Positions 9,350 to 19,639 of a stretch of DNA of 64,000 nucleotides are shown here, one piece after another (the first letter of the stretch is position 1; each line of letters opens with the position of its first letter). The notes under the pieces were generated by a model. That model was not told where the DNA came from and ran no database searches. It was given only the letters and a program-made list of their open reading frames with translations. The position numbers were made by a program, and so were the translations under genes. Source of the DNA: an archaeon (GTDB lineage Archaea; Iainarchaeota; Iainarchaeia; Iainarchaeales; JANQMZ01); NCBI GenBank assembly GCA_028279805.1, contig JANQMZ010000007.1:214399-278398 (forward strand), written 5' to 3'.

Positions 9350-9392
9350 CCCAAGAAATGCTTTTAAAGCACTTTAACTATTTATTTCTAAC

Positions 9393-12059
9393 ATGGGTTT
9401 GGACAAAAAAAAACTGGCAAAACAATTTCAAAAAGACTGGAAAAAACACTACAAAGTGAAATTCTTAGAACAAAGCGGTTTTAAAAGAATTAAATGTCAG
9501 TCCTGCGGAAAACATTTTTGGTCATTGGATTCTGACAGAAAAACTTGTGCTGATTCAAGTTGTGTTGGATTTGAATTTATCGGACAAAAAGGAAAAAATT
9601 TGGGTTATACTGAAACATGGGAAAAAATTGAAAAATATTTTACAAACAAAGGACACAAATCCATTACCCGTTATCCAACTGTTTGCAGGTGGCGTGATGA
9701 TTTATATTTTACTAATGCTTCAATTATTGATTTTCAGCCTTACGTTGTTTCCGGTGAAATTGAGCCTCCGGCAAATCCTTTGATTGTGCCACAGCCAAGC
9801 ATCAGGTTTAGTGATATTGAAAATGTCGGAGTAACAGGACAGCATTATTCTTCGTTCATAATGTTCGGACAGCATGCTTTTAATTCAAAAAAAACAGGAT
9901 TGTTTTACTGGAAAGATGAAGCACTGGAACATGATTTTAATTATTTAACAAAAGTTTTGGGCGTAAAAAAAGAAGACATAACTTTTATTGAAGATGTTTG
10001 GATGGGTGGAGGAACTTTTGGCCCGAGTATTGAATATGCAGCAAAAGGTGTGGAACTGGGTAATTGTGTGTTTATGCAGTTTAAAGATTTGGGTAAAGGA
10101 AAATTTGAGGAATTGCCGACAAAAGTTATTGATATGGGAGCCGGACTGGAAAGGCTGGCATGGTATACTAATGGCAGCCCCACAAGTTATGAAATTACAT
10201 TCGGACCTGTTGTGCAGAAAATGAAAAAAAATGCAGGCATAAAAATTGACAACAAGTTGTTCACAGAATTTTCAAAACTTTCAGGTGCACTTGACGTTGA
10301 AACTCATAATGTTAAAGAAAAAAGAGAAAAAATTGCAAAGCAATTAAAAGTTGATGAAGAGGAATTTTTTGGCACTTTAAAGCCTTTGCAGGCTGTTTAT
10401 GCTTCAGCAGACCATTTGAAAACATTGCTGTATACGGTTGGTGACGGGCAAATGCCAAGCAATGGTTCAGGCGGATATAATCTGAGAATGCTGTTAAGAA
10501 GAGTTTTTGGTTTTAATGAAGAGTTTGATTTAAGGCTTGATTTTATCCAGGTGTTAAGAGAACATGCTGATTATTTGAAAGATTTTGACCCGATTTTAAA
10601 AGAAAATGTTGAAACTGTTGTTCAGGTAATTGAAGAAGAAGAAAAAAAGTTTGAAGAAACAAAATTAAAAGGAGCAAGAAAAATTGAAACAATTGTTAAA
10701 AAGAATAAAAAAATTGATTCAAAAGAATTAATTAAATTATATGAAAGTGATGGTATTTCTCCTGAATTAATTGAAGAAAAAGCACAGGAAGCCGGTGTTA
10801 AAATAAATATTCCTGAAAATTTTTATGGTTTGATTGCTGCAAAAAATGAAAAAGACAAAAAACTGATAAAACATGAAATTGATGTAAGGCCTTACAAAAA
10901 AACAAAAACATTGTTTTATGAGGATTCTTATTTAAGGGAATGCAATGCAACTGTTTTGGGAGTAATAGACAAAGGAATTATTTTGGATCAGACTGTTTTT
11001 TATGCAGAGGGAGGAGGACAGGAATCCGATGAAGGTTTTATTGACGGCATAAAAGTTGAATTTGTTGAAAATGTGGACGGAGTATTGATACATTTTGTTG
11101 AAAATCCTGATAAATTTAAAAGAGGAAAAAAAGTTTTTTGTGAAATTGATTGGAACAGAAGAATTGATTTAATGAGGCATCATACCGGTGCTCATCTGTT
11201 AAATGCAGCAGCAAGACAGGTTTTGGGAAAACATGTCTGGCAGACAGGAGCCCATAAAGCAAGAGAAAAAGCACATTTAGATATAACCCATTACAAGCGT
11301 ATTACCGGTAAAGAATTAAAACAAATGGAGTTATTGGCTAACCAGTTTGCATTGGAACAGCATGAAGTTGAAACAATGTTTATGCTGAGAAATGAAGCTG
11401 AAAAAAAATACGGATTCAGGTTATACCAGGGAGGGTTTGTGCCTGGAAAAACAATCAGAATTGTTAATGTTAAAAGTGTTGATGTTGAAGCATGCGGCGG
11501 AACACATTTAAAAAATTCGTCAGAAGTCGGGTTATTCAAAATTTTAAAAAGAGAAGGAATTCAGGACGGAGTTGAAAGAATTGTATATGTATGCGGGTTG
11601 CCTGCAATTAAGGAAATGCAGAAAAAAGAAAGCTTGTTAAAAGATGCAGCTGAAAAACTTTCGGTTCCTGAAAAAAGTTTAACAAAAACAACTCAAAGAT
11701 TTTTTAATGAATGGAAAGAGCAGAAAAAAACAATTGAATCACTGGAAAAAGAATTGATTGAATTAAAAACAGCAGAATTGCTGAAAATGGATGAAGAGAT
11801 AATCACAACTTATGTTCACGGACTGACTGCACAGGGTTTGATGAATTTGGCTAAAAAAGTTTTAAATGAAAAAGAAAATTCTTTATTGATAATAGGTTCA
11901 GGGGAAAATGTTTTTGCATTATCCGGAAAAAAATGTTCAAAAAATGCAAAAAAAGAACTGGCATTATTGTTACAGGAAACAAAATGGCAGGGTGGAGGCA
12001 ATGAAAAGCTTGCAAGGGGCAAAGTCCAAAATGCAAAAGAGTTGGAAAAACTGCTTTAA
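9393..12059 (+). CDS. alaS: alanyl-tRNA synthetase, archaeal type
   Basis: 888 aa; N-terminal Zn motif IKCQSCGKHFWSLD...CADSSC typical of archaeal AlaRS; editing-domain motifs HHTGAHLL and CGGTHL. Confidence 0.92.
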   Translation: MGLDKKKLAKQFQKDWKKHYKVKFLEQSGFKRIKCQSCGKHFWSLDSDRKTCADSSCVGFEFIGQKGKNLGYTETWEKIEKYFTNKGHKSITRYPTVCRWRDDLYFTNASIIDFQPYVVSGEIEPPANPLIVPQPSIRFSDIENVGVTGQHYSSFIMFGQHAFNSKKTGLFYWKDEALEHDFNYLTKVLGVKKEDITFIEDVWMGGGTFGPSIEYAAKGVELGNCVFMQFKDLGKGKFEELPTKVIDMGAGLERLAWYTNGSPTSYEITFGPVVQKMKKNAGIKIDNKLFTEFSKLSGALDVETHNVKEKREKIAKQLKVDEEEFFGTLKPLQAVYASADHLKTLLYTVGDGQMPSNGSGGYNLRMLLRRVFGFNEEFDLRLDFIQVLREHADYLKDFDPILKENVETVVQVIEEEEKKFEETKLKGARKIETIVKKNKKIDSKELIKLYESDGISPELIEEKAQEAGVKINIPENFYGLIAAKNEKDKKLIKHEIDVRPYKKTKTLFYEDSYLRECNATVLGVIDKGIILDQTVFYAEGGGQESDEGFIDGIKVEFVENVDGVLIHFVENPDKFKRGKKVFCEIDWNRRIDLMRHHTGAHLLNAAARQVLGKHVWQTGAHKAREKAHLDITHYKRITGKELKQMELLANQFALEQHEVETMFMLRNEAEKKYGFRLYQGGFVPGKTIRIVNVKSVDVEACGGTHLKNSSEVGLFKILKREGIQDGVERIVYVCGLPAIKEMQKKESLLKDAAEKLSVPEKSLTKTTQRFFNEWKEQKKTIESLEKELIELKTAELLKMDEEIITTYVHGLTAQGLMNLAKKVLNEKENSLLIIGSGENVFALSGKKCSKNAKKELALLLQETKWQGGGNEKLARGKVQNAKELEKLL

Positions 12060-12071
12060 AAGGTGTTATAA

Positions 12072-14948
12072 GTGAATTTTAGCTCTATTGAAAAAAATAG
12101 TCAGAAAACTTGGGAAGATGAAAAACTTTTTTCTCCGGAAATTGATTCAGAAAAAAAAGGATTTTACATTCAGGTTGCTTACCCGTATCCAAGCGGGGCA
12201 ATGCATATAGGACATGCAAAAACGTACACTACTACAGATATTATTGCAAAATACAAAATGCTTGCAGGCTATAATGTGTTAATGCCAATGGGATGGCATG
12301 TTTCAGGAACACCCGTGCTGGCAAGCGTTGAAAAATTAAAGGAAAAAGATTCTGAAACAGTTAAAATTTTTACAGAAAATTTTAAAATTCCTGAAAAAGA
12401 TTTAAAAAAAATGCATACGCCTGATGGCCTTGTTAATTATATGGTTGATGAAGCGGAATACGGTTACAAAAAAGGAATGAAAATTTTGGGATTCGGAATT
12501 GACTGGAGAAGAGAGTTGAAAACAATTGATGAACAATATAAAAAATTTATTGAATGGCAGTATGAAAAACTGAATCAAAAAAAATTAATCGGAAAAGGAA
12601 AATATCCGATTCGTTATTCACCAAAAGACAAAATGGCTGTCGGAGACCATGATTTGAAAGAGGGAGAAGGAATAGGAATTCAGGAATTTACTTTGCTGAA
12701 ATTCAAACTTGAAGGATTTAAGAACAGGTTTTTGGTTGCAGCTACTTTAAGGCCTGAAACAGTTTACGGGCAGACAAATTTATGGTTAAATCCGGAATAC
12801 AAATACACTGTCATAAAAACAGGTAAAGAGGAATGGATTTTAAGTGAAAAAGCGGCAGAAAAGTTAATTTATCAAAAAGAAAACATAAAAAAAATTGGGA
12901 AAATGAACTCAAGAGAGCTTTTAGGTGAAAAAGTTGAAGCTCCTGGAATTGACAGAAAAATTCCGATCTGGCCTGCTTCTTTTTGTGATCCTGAAATTGG
13001 CTCAGGAATTGTAACAAGTGTTCCGAGTGATGCTCCTATCGACATGGCCGCTTTGATTGACCTGCAGTCTGATGAAAGCATTGCAAAAAAACACGGGCTT
13101 GATTTTGAGGAAATTAAAAATACAAAAATTATTCCGATTATTAAGACCAAAAAATTCGGAGAAAATGCAGGGGAAAAAATTTTAAAAGAAATGAATATAA
13201 AAAATCAAAAAGAGCTTGATAAGCTAGAAAAAGCAAAAGAAATTGTTTACAAAGAAGGGTTTCATTCAGGAGTCATGCTTGAAGCTGCCGGAAAATTCAA
13301 GGGATTAAAAGTTTCAAAAGCAAAAGATTTGATTAAGGAAGAATTGATTAAACAGGGAAAAGCTGATTTATTTTTTGAACTTGAAGGAAAAGTTGTTTCC
13401 AGGTCGGGCGGAGAATGTGTTGTTCGTTTGCTTGATGACCAGTGGTTTGTAAAATATGGCAATAAAGAATGGAAAAAGAACAGTAAAAAAGATTTGGACG
13501 GAATGAAAATTGTTCCGGAAGTTTTTAGAAAACAGTATGAACAGATTTTTAACTGGCTTGATGACAAGCCTTTGACCCGTGCCAAAGGCCTGGGTACAAA
13601 ATTTCCATGGCAAAAAGACCAGGTAATTGAACCGCTGGGAGATTCAACTGTTTACATGGCTTATTTTACTATTGCACATTTGATTAATACAATTGAAGCT
13701 CAAAAGTTAAACGATGAGTTTTTTGATTTTATTTTTCTGGGAAAAGGTTCAGCAAAAAATGTTGCCGATAAAACCGGTTTAAAAGTGGATTTAATTGAGG
13801 AATTGAAAAAAAATTTTGATTATTGGTATCCTCTGGCTTTTAATGTTTCAGCCATTGAATTGATTCCGAATCATATGAGTTTCAGCATTTTTCAGCATAA
13901 TGCAATTTTTCCTCAAAACAAAAGGCAGATTGGCACAATTAATTTGGGAATGCTTATTTTGGAAGGAAAAAAAATGAGCTCATCAAAAGGAAATGTTATT
14001 CTGATTAATGATATTTGCAAAAAAATGGGAACTGATTATGTCAGGTTTTCTTTAATGAATTTTGTTGAACCGTGGGAAGAAATGAACTGGCAGTCAAAAG
14101 AAGTGTCAAAAGGAATTAAAAATTTGAATAATTTTGTTGAACAAATTTTCAAACTTGCAAACTCGGTTGATGAAGAAAAAATTGATTTAAAAAAATTAAA
14201 TGATGTGGATAAATGGTTTTTGAACCGGATAAATTTTAGAATTAACAATTATATTGGAAAAATGAATGAATTTGAATTAAGATCAGCCTTGCAGGAAATG
14301 TCCTTTAATTTGGCAAAAGATTTTAAGTGGTATAAAAGAAGAAATTCAAAATTAAACAATGCGATTATTTTTTATTTTGTTAAAAACTGGTGTAAAATTA
14401 TTTCACCTTTTATGCCTCACCTGGCTGAAGAATTATGGAGGCATGTTTTGAAACAAAAAAACTCCGTTTTTTTATCAGGTTTGCCTGAAAAGCAAAAAAT
14501 TGACAAATCAGTGGGGGCGGGAGAAAACTTAATTGAAAAAGTTTTGGATGACGTTATTGCCATTAAGGCTTTGGCTAAAATTGAAAAACCTAAAAAAATT
14601 GTTTTTTACATTGCCGATGAATGGAAATGGAATGCTTTGAAATTGCTGAAAAAAGTGGACAGGCCTGATTTTGGCTTGGTTATAAAAACTTTAATGGCTG
14701 ATAAAACTGTTAAAAAACAGGGTAAAACTGCTCAACTGGTAGCAAAAGAATTTTCTTCAAGATTAATGGAGTTTAAAGATTTGGAAAAAATTGATGAGGA
14801 AAAAATTTTGAATGATTCAAAGGAGTTTCTGTTAAAGGAATTGAATGCTCAAAAAATTGAAATTTTTCATGAGAAAAAATCAGGTTTTGACCCCCAAAAC
14901 AAAGCGGTTAAATCAATGCCGGGAAAGCCTGCAATTTATTTGGAGTAA
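12072..14948 (+). CDS. leuS: leucyl-tRNA synthetase, archaeal/eukaryal type
   Basis: 958 aa class I aaRS; HIGH motif (PYPSGAMHIGHAKTY) and KMSKS motif (KMSSSKGN). Confidence 0.92.
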   Translation: MNFSSIEKNSQKTWEDEKLFSPEIDSEKKGFYIQVAYPYPSGAMHIGHAKTYTTTDIIAKYKMLAGYNVLMPMGWHVSGTPVLASVEKLKEKDSETVKIFTENFKIPEKDLKKMHTPDGLVNYMVDEAEYGYKKGMKILGFGIDWRRELKTIDEQYKKFIEWQYEKLNQKKLIGKGKYPIRYSPKDKMAVGDHDLKEGEGIGIQEFTLLKFKLEGFKNRFLVAATLRPETVYGQTNLWLNPEYKYTVIKTGKEEWILSEKAAEKLIYQKENIKKIGKMNSRELLGEKVEAPGIDRKIPIWPASFCDPEIGSGIVTSVPSDAPIDMAALIDLQSDESIAKKHGLDFEEIKNTKIIPIIKTKKFGENAGEKILKEMNIKNQKELDKLEKAKEIVYKEGFHSGVMLEAAGKFKGLKVSKAKDLIKEELIKQGKADLFFELEGKVVSRSGGECVVRLLDDQWFVKYGNKEWKKNSKKDLDGMKIVPEVFRKQYEQIFNWLDDKPLTRAKGLGTKFPWQKDQVIEPLGDSTVYMAYFTIAHLINTIEAQKLNDEFFDFIFLGKGSAKNVADKTGLKVDLIEELKKNFDYWYPLAFNVSAIELIPNHMSFSIFQHNAIFPQNKRQIGTINLGMLILEGKKMSSSKGNVILINDICKKMGTDYVRFSLMNFVEPWEEMNWQSKEVSKGIKNLNNFVEQIFKLANSVDEEKIDLKKLNDVDKWFLNRINFRINNYIGKMNEFELRSALQEMSFNLAKDFKWYKRRNSKLNNAIIFYFVKNWCKIISPFMPHLAEELWRHVLKQKNSVFLSGLPEKQKIDKSVGAGENLIEKVLDDVIAIKALAKIEKPKKIVFYIADEWKWNALKLLKKVDRPDFGLVIKTLMADKTVKKQGKTAQLVAKEFSSRLMEFKDLEKIDEEKILNDSKEFLLKELNAQKIEIFHEKKSGFDPQNKAVKSMPGKPAIYLE

Positions 14949-15373
14949 AAACCTTTGTTTTCATAATCTAAATACATTTTACAGCATAGTGAACCTTTGC
15001 TTACAGCTTCATGCAAATCTTCCGAAGTGCCCCATTTTATTGCTTGATATTGTGTAATTCCTTTTATAGGCTGAGGTGCTTTTGGTTTTCCGTGCACTAT
15101 CTCTGCTTCATATTCTTTCATATTAAGAATATATTTTTCCCGTTCTGTCTGGTCTTCCCCAATAAGTTTAATTATTTTGAGCTTTACTCCAAGTTTTTGT
15201 TTTCCTGAACGCAATGTTGCTTTTTCAAAAGATTCATCTTCTTTAACTGAACCTGCTGGTAAACCCCAAGCCCCTGGCAGGTTTTCATCATCGTCTGGCC
15301 TTTTAACTATTAAAAATTTTGATCTGTCTTCAGTGTAAATCACATAAGAAATTGCGTTCTTTACTGGTTTCAT
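14936..15373 (-). CDS. Nudix-fold protein with degenerate Nudix box
   Basis: 145 aa; ...FLIVKRPDDDENLPGAWGLPAGSVKEDESFEKATLRSGKQKLGV fits Nudix fold but REUxEE is RSGKQK (catalytic Glu residues absent). Confidence 0.5.
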   Translation of the reverse strand: MKPVKNAISYVIYTEDRSKFLIVKRPDDDENLPGAWGLPAGSVKEDESFEKATLRSGKQKLGVKLKIIKLIGEDQTEREKYILNMKEYEAEIVHGKPKAPQPIKGITQYQAIKWGTSEDLHEAVSKGSLCCKMYLDYENKGFYSK

Positions 15374-15412
15374 ATCTTTTATAGGAGCAGAGACTTATAT
15401 AAAATTTTTCAT

Positions 15413-17197
15413 TTATTTTGAGAGTCCTTCTTCAACATTTGTAACTTTTTTAACTTTTTTAAGTGCTTTCATGGCTTTGTCAAATTTGGTTTTTGTTTTT
15501 GCATCAACCCTGAATTCAACGTAAAGATTTTGACCAAGCCTTTCCTGATAAACATTTTCAATATTTATTTTAAATTTTGAAAGCACGCCAGTTAAGTCAT
15601 GCATTAAGCCTATTCTGTCACCTGCTCTTACAAAAATATATTTTAAACCTATTTTTTTGTCGGATTTTCTGGTTGACAATTTTAATGCTTTTATTATTTT
15701 TTCTTTTGTCTGAAGAGAATTTGTCATCTGAAGCCAGTCCGTTGAAACTGTTTTCTTTTTTGATTTGACGCATTCAATTCTGTTTCCGGAATGAAGTTCT
15801 GTGAAAAAAGGAACTTCTTTTCCGTTAACAAAAACTTTTTTTAGGTTGTTTCCTGTGTTTTTGTCAATGTGATATGCATAGTCCAGAGCAGTTGAATGTG
15901 AAGGTAAAGAATCAATTTTGCCGCTGTTGTCAAAAACAAAAATATGGTTTTGCAAAAATTCTTCTTTTAATGCGTCAAAAAATTTGTCACTTGACGCCAG
16001 TTTTAATTCTAAAACAGCTGCGGCTCTTCCAAGTTTTTTCTGGTAAAGAGTTTTTGAGCCTTTTTCAGGATCCAGGGCTGCTATTCCTTTTCTGGCAATT
16101 TTGTCCATTCTTTCAGAACGAATATAAACACGTACAGGCAGGCCTTTTGGGCCCAAAACTGTTGTGTGAATTGAACTGTATGTTCCGTCTCTTGGAACCG
16201 CTATAAAGTCTTTTAATTTTCCGGGAATTGGGTAAAAAGTTGAATGAATTAAACCTAAAACTTCATAGCATTCAGTGAAATTTTTGGTAACAACTACCAG
16301 TACAAGATAGTCATATATTTCGTCAAGTGAACGGTTTCCTTTTTTCATTTTTGCATAAATGTTATACAAGCTTTTTTCAAGAGTGTAAAAACGATAATTT
16401 CTGAAAGGAAAAACAATTTTGTTTTTTAAAATTTGAATCATTGAATCTGTTTGTTTTAACTTTGATTTTTTTTGTTTTTTAATTTTTTCTGACAATTCCT
16501 GAAATATTTTTGGTTCAAGAATTTTAAAACTTGAATCTTCCATTTCCCTTGCAATTGAATGCAATCCGAACCGGTGTGCTAACGGTGCATAAACCTGTAA
16601 AATTTGGTTGGCAATTCTTTTCCTTTTTTTTGGTTTTAAATATGATAATGTTCTTGAATTATGAAGCTTGTCTGCAAGTTTTATCAAAATGACTCTGTAA
16701 TCTTTTACCGATGCCAACAAAAGTTTTTGAAAAGATTTTAATTCTGCGGTTTTTCTTCCTTCAAGGGAAATTATGTCAAGTTTTGTTACTCCTTTAACAA
16801 GTTCTAAAACTGTTTTTCCGAATTTTTCTTCAACTTCTTTTTCTGTAGCATCAGTATCTTCCAAAACGTCATGCAATAGTCCTGCAATTATTATTTCATT
16901 TGAAACGTTGTATTCAAGCAAAATGTTTGCAGTTTCATAAAGATGAACAAAATATTTTTCGCCCGATTCTCTTTTTTGTTTTGAATGTTTTTCTTCGGCA
17001 AAAATAAAAGCTTCTTTTATTTTTTTTATATTTGGTTTTTTTATGTTTTTCCTGGCTTTTTTTAATAAAAGTTTTAATTCTTTTCTGAAAAGTTTTGCTT
17101 CTTTTTTTGTAAATGCTTTTAAAAAATCAAGTTTTGGCAGGCTTGGAACGCTTTTCAAAATGGGTTTTTTTGACATATTATAGTATATTTGAAGCAA
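15413..17197 (-). CDS. long RelA/SpoT homologue (RSH): HD hydrolase + (p)ppGpp synthetase + TGS + ACT domains
   Basis: 594 aa; HD motif LLHDVLEDT; synthetase motifs YNIYAKMKKGNRSLDEIYDYLVLVVVT and SIHTTVLGPKGLPVRVYIRSERMDKIARKGIAA; TGS-like HIFVFDNSGKIDSLPSHSTALDYAYHI...VNGKEVPF; C-terminal ACT-like segment. True start may be Met at 17176. Confidence 0.8.
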   Translation of the reverse strand: MLQIYYNMSKKPILKSVPSLPKLDFLKAFTKKEAKLFRKELKLLLKKARKNIKKPNIKKIKEAFIFAEEKHSKQKRESGEKYFVHLYETANILLEYNVSNEIIIAGLLHDVLEDTDATEKEVEEKFGKTVLELVKGVTKLDIISLEGRKTAELKSFQKLLLASVKDYRVILIKLADKLHNSRTLSYLKPKKRKRIANQILQVYAPLAHRFGLHSIAREMEDSSFKILEPKIFQELSEKIKKQKKSKLKQTDSMIQILKNKIVFPFRNYRFYTLEKSLYNIYAKMKKGNRSLDEIYDYLVLVVVTKNFTECYEVLGLIHSTFYPIPGKLKDFIAVPRDGTYSSIHTTVLGPKGLPVRVYIRSERMDKIARKGIAALDPEKGSKTLYQKKLGRAAAVLELKLASSDKFFDALKEEFLQNHIFVFDNSGKIDSLPSHSTALDYAYHIDKNTGNNLKKVFVNGKEVPFFTELHSGNRIECVKSKKKTVSTDWLQMTNSLQTKEKIIKALKLSTRKSDKKIGLKYIFVRAGDRIGLMHDLTGVLSKFKINIENVYQERLGQNLYVEFRVDAKTKTKFDKAMKALKKVKKVTNVEEGLSK

Positions 17198-17211
17198 TTT
17201 ATAAAAATCTT

Positions 17212-19023
17212 TTACATTTGCTCTAATGGTTCAACATTTAACAATTTTAAGGCTTTTTTCAGGACAATTGAAAAAGCTTTTACAAGTGAGAGTCTTGCTT
17301 TAACGGTTTCCTTGTTTTCAGCATTTAAAACGGGGATATCCTGGTAAAAAGAATTAAACGAGGTGGCCAATTCGTTTAAATAAATGCATAAATGATGCAT
17401 TGAATTTGAAGAGCGGCTTTTTTGAACAGCATCTTTAAAATGCCATAATTTTTTTATAACTTCAAGTTCTTTTTTTTCTTTCAACAAAGAAAAATCTGCA
17501 TTTTCAGGATTTGAAGCTTTTCTTAAAATTCCTTTTGCTCTTGCATAAGAATACATTAAATATGGTCCTGAGTCTCCCTCAAAAGATAATGATTGCTGGG
17601 GAACAAATGTAAAATTTTTTTTGGAATCAATTTTTAACATTGAAAATTTTATTGCTGCAAGAGCTATTTTTAACGCTCTTTTTTCTAATTCATCTTTTTT
17701 TACATTTGGAAATCTTTTAATAATTTCTTTTTGTGCGGAATTTTTTAACTGTTTTATTAAATCATCAGCATCAATTGTGTTGCCTTCACGGCTTTTTAAT
17801 TTTCCTTCAGGCAATAAAACCAGGCCATAACTTAAATGATGAGATTTTTTTGCTTCACTGTAACCCAATAAATCCATTATTTTGAACAATTGTTTAAAAT
17901 ACAAGTCTTGTTCTGATGCAACAACATAATAACTTTCATCAAATTTGTAATCTTTAAATTTTTTTAACATTAAAACCATGTCCTGGTTAATGTAAATTGA
18001 TGAACCGTCTGAGCGCAGAATTATTTTGTTCGGAATTTTATATTTTTCCAAATCAGCTATAATTCTGTTTTTATCATCTTTAACAAAAACACCTGTTTTT
18101 AGCCCTTTTTTTATCAAAGGTTTTGCTTTGTCATACAAATCTGATTCAAAATAAATTTTGTCAAATTCTGAACCGAATGTTTTGTAAGTTTCTTTAAAAC
18201 CTTCAAGAGCCCAGTCTCTTGATTTTTTCCATAATGCTCTTACATTTTTATCTTTTCTTTCCCAGTCTAAAAGCATTTTTTGTGCTTCTTTTTCAAGTGT
18301 TTCATCTTTTTTTGCTTTTTCGTGAAACAAAACATAATATTTTCCGGCAAACTTGTCTCCTTTTAATTTTTCTTTTTCAGGTGTTGAATTTTTTCCGAAT
18401 TTTTTGTATGCAACAAGCCCCTGGCAGATGTGAATGCCCCGGTCATTTATTATGTTTACTCGTGCGACTTTGTTTTCATAAAATTCGAGCAAATTTGAAA
18501 AAGCCATTCCGATGCTGTCATTTCTTAAATGCCCTAAATGTAAAGGTTTATTTGGATTTGGCTGGGAATATTCCACTACAATTTTTTTATTTTCAGGTTT
18601 TGGTTTTCCAAAATTTTCTTTTTTTTCAAAAATTTCTGTTAAAATTTTTTGAGTTAAAAATGTGCTGTTGACAAAAAAATTCAGATAAGGCCCTGCTGCT
18701 TCCGCTTTTGATAATTCTTTTGGCATTTTTAATTTTTGTGAAAGATTTTTTGCAATTTCATTCGGGTTTTTTTTAAGCTCTTTTGCGAGCAAAAAACAGG
18801 GAAAAGCGTAATCACCGAGCTTTGAATCCGGGGGAATTTCCAACGCTTTTATTATCTGCTTTTCTTTTAATGAGGAAACTTCCTTGGATAAAAGTTTTGC
18901 GATTATTGTTTTAAAATGCATGGAATAATTAGAAAAAACCCTTTTAATAAGGTTTTCCAGCTCTACTTTTTTTTGGTGAAATTGGATGTATGCAGTATCT
19001 TCATCCGGAGGAAAAGACAGCAC
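17212..19023 (-). CDS. argS: arginyl-tRNA synthetase
   Basis: 603 aa class I aaRS; HIGH-region NPNKPLHLGHLRN; C-terminal DALR anticodon-binding region. Confidence 0.88.
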   Translation of the reverse strand: MLSFPPDEDTAYIQFHQKKVELENLIKRVFSNYSMHFKTIIAKLLSKEVSSLKEKQIIKALEIPPDSKLGDYAFPCFLLAKELKKNPNEIAKNLSQKLKMPKELSKAEAAGPYLNFFVNSTFLTQKILTEIFEKKENFGKPKPENKKIVVEYSQPNPNKPLHLGHLRNDSIGMAFSNLLEFYENKVARVNIINDRGIHICQGLVAYKKFGKNSTPEKEKLKGDKFAGKYYVLFHEKAKKDETLEKEAQKMLLDWERKDKNVRALWKKSRDWALEGFKETYKTFGSEFDKIYFESDLYDKAKPLIKKGLKTGVFVKDDKNRIIADLEKYKIPNKIILRSDGSSIYINQDMVLMLKKFKDYKFDESYYVVASEQDLYFKQLFKIMDLLGYSEAKKSHHLSYGLVLLPEGKLKSREGNTIDADDLIKQLKNSAQKEIIKRFPNVKKDELEKRALKIALAAIKFSMLKIDSKKNFTFVPQQSLSFEGDSGPYLMYSYARAKGILRKASNPENADFSLLKEKKELEVIKKLWHFKDAVQKSRSSNSMHHLCIYLNELATSFNSFYQDIPVLNAENKETVKARLSLVKAFSIVLKKALKLLNVEPLEQM

Positions 19024-19639
19024 TTTTGCATTGTTTAAGGCATTGGAACAAAATTTTAAAGTAACTCATCTGATTCATGTTTACAATCCGGATACTTCAA
19101 GGGTAAGATTTCATGGTTATAAGCCTGAAATGGTTTCAAAACAAGCTGAACTTTTAGGGCTAAAGGAAATTATAAAACCCACAAGATCTGAAAAATTTGA
19201 ACAGGATTTTGAACTTGTTTTAAAAGAAGCAAAAAAACAGGGAATAAAAGGGTTGATTTTTGGAAATCTTTTTCTTGAAGATGTAAGAGAATTTTATCAA
19301 AAAAATGTCACAAATGCAGGCCTGGAATATTATGATGTTTTATGGAAACAGCCGACTGAAAAAGTTTTAAAAAATTTTATTAAAACCGGTTTTAAAGCAA
19401 TTATAACTTCGGTTTGGTTAAAAAAACTTGATAAAAAATTTTTAGGAAAACATATTAATGAAAAATTTTTAAAAGAAATTAAAAAAGAAAAAAATGTTGA
19501 TTTCTGCGGAGAAAACGGAGAATATCATTCTCTTGTTTTTAACGGGCCGTTATTCAAAAAACCGCTGGAATATGAAACATTTGGTGTTCATGAAGAAAAG
19601 GAAAACATTTTTTTGGATATAAGAAAAAAAGAAAATTAA
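18986..19639 (+). CDS. PP-loop ATPase of diphthamide-synthase family (Dph6/MJ0570-like)
   Basis: 217 aa; N-terminal PP-loop SSGGKDS; family typical of archaea/eukaryotes; 5' end overlaps argS on opposite strand. Confidence 0.65.
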   Translation: MYAVSSSGGKDSTFALFKALEQNFKVTHLIHVYNPDTSRVRFHGYKPEMVSKQAELLGLKEIIKPTRSEKFEQDFELVLKEAKKQGIKGLIFGNLFLEDVREFYQKNVTNAGLEYYDVLWKQPTEKVLKNFIKTGFKAIITSVWLKKLDKKFLGKHINEKFLKEIKKEKNVDFCGENGEYHSLVFNGPLFKKPLEYETFGVHEEKENIFLDIRKKEN

